20,328 nucleotides of DNA, taken from positions 1 to 20,328 of the forward strand of contig MTSL01000166.1 of assembly GCA_002794465.1 (NCBI GenBank), written 5' to 3'. Of this stretch, positions 17,484 to 20,328 are shown in pieces. Source of the DNA: Paramicrosporidium saccamoebae KSL3. Lineage: Eukaryota > Fungi > Cryptomycota. The number at the start of each line of letters is the position of its first letter. Position 1 is the first letter of the stretch. A program made the translations under genes and the position numbers. The notes under the pieces were generated by a model, which was given only the letters and a program-made list of their open reading frames with translations, made no database searches and was not told the origin of the DNA.

Positions 17484-18776
17484 TTAATAGACTGCTGGTA
17501 TTAGCTTGTACGGGACCTGGCGACAATACTCGGTCCAATACGGCCCATATTTTCCCTTGCATCGTTGATGGTCTCTCTCAATTCGGTGCATTAGCAAGAT
17601 TGTCATGTACAATATGTAAAAGTAAGGCAGAGCATGATGAGTCCCACATGTGAGGCACATGGCAAGCGACAAGATGAGATCGCCCAAGTAATTGCAGTGA
17701 CGAGAGAGTCCCCACAGTCCAGACGCAAGCAGCACAGAGTTGTGGCGTTTGCCATCCGCACTCGTAAATTTAGTGTTTATAATCTTGGCAGGTTCCCCCC
17801 AAATGTGACATAACCCCCCAGTTCTGCGGCAGACATCCTTTTGGAAATTGGCCTCTCGGAAAATGCAATATCCCACGAGTCCCAACAAAAAAATCGGCCA
17901 AAACTGAATTCCGAGAATAACGGGATTATGAGAAAGATATTGGGCCTGGAGAGTATACATGTACGGCAGCCAAACTGAATCGCCCCATGAGAGGTTAAAG
18001 CCAAAGTGCTCGTGTGAAATGTCAATAGTCTTCAAATACCAATCTTCATGTATAAAAAAATCAAGCACATACAGAGCGTGAAGAATATTAATCAACACCA
18101 TTGAATCAGTGACCAGGCCAAATCGGTTGTACTGGGAGGCGGCAAATGAGGCATTTATCATAGTCCAAGCCGCAATTCCCGGACGACCATTATGGAACAA
18201 TTTGAGATCAAACAACGAGCCGATTCGGGGGTTAATTTCAATTCCCATGAAAAAATCATAGATTCGTGAGCCAGAAAACTTTCTATCCCCTCGATGAGTT
18301 GGCTGCATATGAGCTTTGATGAATACAAAGGCAGCGAGTAAGAACCCATACAGATTTGCTGCAACTAAAAGACCCTCCCAGTTATCTGCAATCACGCTGA
18401 ACCGAATTATACCGAGTAGACCAAATGCCGCAAAGAGGCCGTTGCTGATTGTCCATGCATACAGCCCATTGACTCGATACTCCAGCACGTTTCCTGCGGG
18501 CGTTTCTTGGCCTCGCACTAATGGTCCCGGAAGATGAACAAATAACACCGCCTGTAACGCCATCCAGCTGACGAGCATTAACATGGACTCGCCAGTCGGA
18601 CGTGGTAAGACGGACAGAATCCCAAAGCTCCGCACGTGGTGAAACAGTGCCGCAATGGAAGCTCCTCGGTAGTGGCAGCAATTCCAACATAGAGCAACCA
18701 GCACAGGACAGAGACACAAGAGACATCCTGTAAGAAAGACAGTCGCGGCGGAAGGCGTTTCATTCCGTCCCCACAT
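17484..18776 (-). CDS. DHCR7: 7-dehydrocholesterol (sterol delta-7) reductase, ERG4/ERG24 family
   Basis: FDLKLFHNGRPGIAAWTMIN, LDFFIHEDWYLKTIDISHEHFGFNLSWGDSVWLPYMYTLQ, LLASGLWGLSRHCNYLGD and RDHQRCKGKYG. The NGRPGIxAW and WYLKTID-x-HxHFG motifs match DHCR7 rather than ERG24 or ERG4, from my recall of those families. Confidence 0.9.
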   Translation of the reverse strand: MWGRNETPSAATVFLTGCLLCLCPVLVALCWNCCHYRGASIAALFHHVRSFGILSVLPRPTGESMLMLVSWMALQAVLFVHLPGPLVRGQETPAGNVLEYRVNGLYAWTISNGLFAAFGLLGIIRFSVIADNWEGLLVAANLYGFLLAAFVFIKAHMQPTHRGDRKFSGSRIYDFFMGIEINPRIGSLFDLKLFHNGRPGIAAWTMINASFAASQYNRFGLVTDSMVLINILHALYVLDFFIHEDWYLKTIDISHEHFGFNLSWGDSVWLPYMYTLQAQYLSHNPVILGIQFWPIFLLGLVGYCIFREANFQKDVCRRTGGLCHIWGEPAKIINTKFTSADGKRHNSVLLASGLWGLSRHCNYLGDLILSLAMCLTCGTHHALPYFYILYMTILLMHRIERDHQRCKGKYGPYWTEYCRQVPYKLIPAVY

Positions 18777-18865
18777 TAAATCGATTCAGGGTTCTAATTT
18801 GGAAAATTACATTGCTACAAATCAAGCAGTTTTATTCGAATGGCTGATATCATGTGACGTTACGT

Positions 18866-19426
18866 TTAACAGGGGACAAAGTCCCATTTGATTGAGATGA
18901 TACCCTTATCTTTAGAGTCAAGCTGGGCAAATGCCTCGTCGCTAAGATCAATCTTGTCAGGCGTACATCCAGGACACGTATCCGTAACCTTGACCTTTAG
19001 CTTTTTCCCATTGTAGTCAATCATGATACATTTGCCACAGCTGGCAGGCATAAGGGATGGATGGATAGCGCAGAGCAGAGGATCGCTAGGGATCGCACCA
19101 CAACTGCCCGGGCTGGATTTCCATTCCGTGTAGAAGCTTGCCTTGCCTCCGTTGGCGCCAGGAGCGCCTCCACTGCCCCCAGATGAGGAAGGAGATGACG
19201 AGGATGCGGAAGGCGATGAAGAAGATGGAGATGCTGCTGGTGAGGATGCTGCTGATGATGAAGATGCTGGTGAAGATGCCGCACTTGGAGATGCCGCGCC
19301 TGGAGATGATGCGACTGGAGCTGTGCCGGGTGGGCAAACGGCAGCCCTTTCGATGACCTTTTCAGTGATGGCATGGGCAAAACCAAAAACCGCAAAGAAT
19401 GAAACAATGTGGGTGCGAATGTTCAT
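18866..19426 (-). CDS. Secreted expansin-like/RlpA DPBB protein with Ser/Ala/Pro-rich linker
   Basis: ATG 19426 gives signal peptide MNIRTHIVSFFAVFGFAHA, a low-complexity S/A/P linker, then GKASFY...GSCG...CGKCI...VTDTCPGC...IDLSDEAF...IKWDFVPC. It is a clear paralogue of 14556..15272. Confidence 0.9.
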   Translation of the reverse strand: MNIRTHIVSFFAVFGFAHAITEKVIERAAVCPPGTAPVASSPGAASPSAASSPASSSSAASSPAASPSSSSPSASSSSPSSSGGSGGAPGANGGKASFYTEWKSSPGSCGAIPSDPLLCAIHPSLMPASCGKCIMIDYNGKKLKVKVTDTCPGCTPDKIDLSDEAFAQLDSKDKGIISIKWDFVPC

Positions 19427-19870
19427 GGTAGTCAAATTGTTGAGAATGTGCTCAAACAGAATATTGATCTTTATCAAGTTGTCTTGAGGCAAGACATGTA
19501 TTGAGAGTAGCCAATCGTCTTAGGTTAACCTGTAGTGTGAAATGTGTCGCCATTGGAGCGGTCATAAAAGTGGACCAATCCGGCCGCTTATTTACTTGCT
19601 CGTTTCTCGTTGCATATTTCTAATAGTCCCGCGTTTTTTAAGACAACTGTCATTCTGCGATAATATTGTGAAAAGGTATAAACTATAGCTGATGGGGCAA
19701 ATCAAGGCCATCTAGATGTGCAAGATCAGTAATAAGGCTATTTTAAACAGCATCCGCTTATTATTGGCGAGTCCGGCCCAGATAGCGGTAACTATTGTGT
19801 CTCGGCGTTACAATTCTCTCGCTGGGTCCAATCAAGTTACAACAAAATTTCTTAACCATTGCTCTGTTCC

Positions 19871-20328
19871 TTAAGACTCCCTGGAGCATGTCATGAGGAA
19901 CAGAGCAACGATTGAGAACAACGTGACCGCCGCTTCCCACATCTTGCCATCGTTTTGGACGAGTGGCTTATGTAATACAGATGACGAGAATCGCCGTGCC
20001 ACGGAAAGCCTCTCGTCGGATCCAGCTTGGGGCTGACCCTCTCTGAGCATGCTAAAACTCTCTTGACCATCGCGTGGTTCCTGTGGGTCTCGGTGATGCG
20101 TGCCATGACGAATAAAGCAACGATTGATGCTGACGTGGTCAACGCTGCCCGCATCTTGCTGGCATTTTGGAAAAGGGGTGCACAAGCAGCAATAACGATC
20201 CAAAGACCGAGCAGGCCACTGGCGCTACGACAAAGGTTGTGGTGGCCTTCCATCCCAGAGTGTTCATAAAGTCGATCGATTGTAATTCCTCGACTATCGA
20301 ACGGTCAAGTAACGGCAGACGACATACT
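19871..20328 (-). CDS. Partial hypothetical (possibly membrane) protein running off the window end; may be a pseudogene
   Basis: Intron-like segment at 20294-20327 (GTATGT...TTGAC...TAG), followed by an open frame through 20253..19891. It contains an internal 81-nt duplication whose two copies sit in different frames, so another intron or a frameshift is required. Confidence 0.35.

Noticed and set aside
19021-19487. Alternative-frame and antisense ORFs over the second DPBB linker (His-rich, acidic)
   Set aside because: They are shadows of the low-complexity Ser/Ala/Pro coding repeat.
1-20328. Transposase, reverse transcriptase, integrase or biosynthetic core genes
   Set aside because: None of the ORFs shows such motifs, so there is no autonomous mobile element or secondary-metabolite cluster in this window.

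Overview
This is a gene-dense eukaryotic window, not prokaryotic, with about 15 protein-coding genes in 20.3 kb. Intergenic gaps are roughly 90-500 bp, and I infer very short GT-AG introns (mostly 28-34 nt) with fungal-type branch points. That pattern suggests a compact early-diverging fungal or Rozellomycota-like genome; the taxon is an inference only. Recognisable genes: a secreted ankyrin-repeat protein, two universal-stress-protein (USP) domain genes flanking a TIS11/ZFP36 tandem-CCCH gene, a GT90 glycosyltransferase, syntaxin Ufe1/STX18, RBM25/Snu71, AP-1 gamma adaptin, a tetraspanin (visible only after splicing), proteasome beta7, DHCR7, and two paralogous secreted expansin-like (DPBB) proteins with very different linkers. 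Non-coding structure includes a modular dispersed repeat in three intergenic copies (two bracket the ankyrin gene), a 6 x 51-bp tandem array and a 24/12-bp minisatellite. No rRNA, tRNA, CRISPR array or transposase was seen. I cannot demonstrate a new multi-gene system. The best leads are the dispersed repeat with the ankyrin unit, the Arg-rich repeat DPBB protein, and the 51-bp array.
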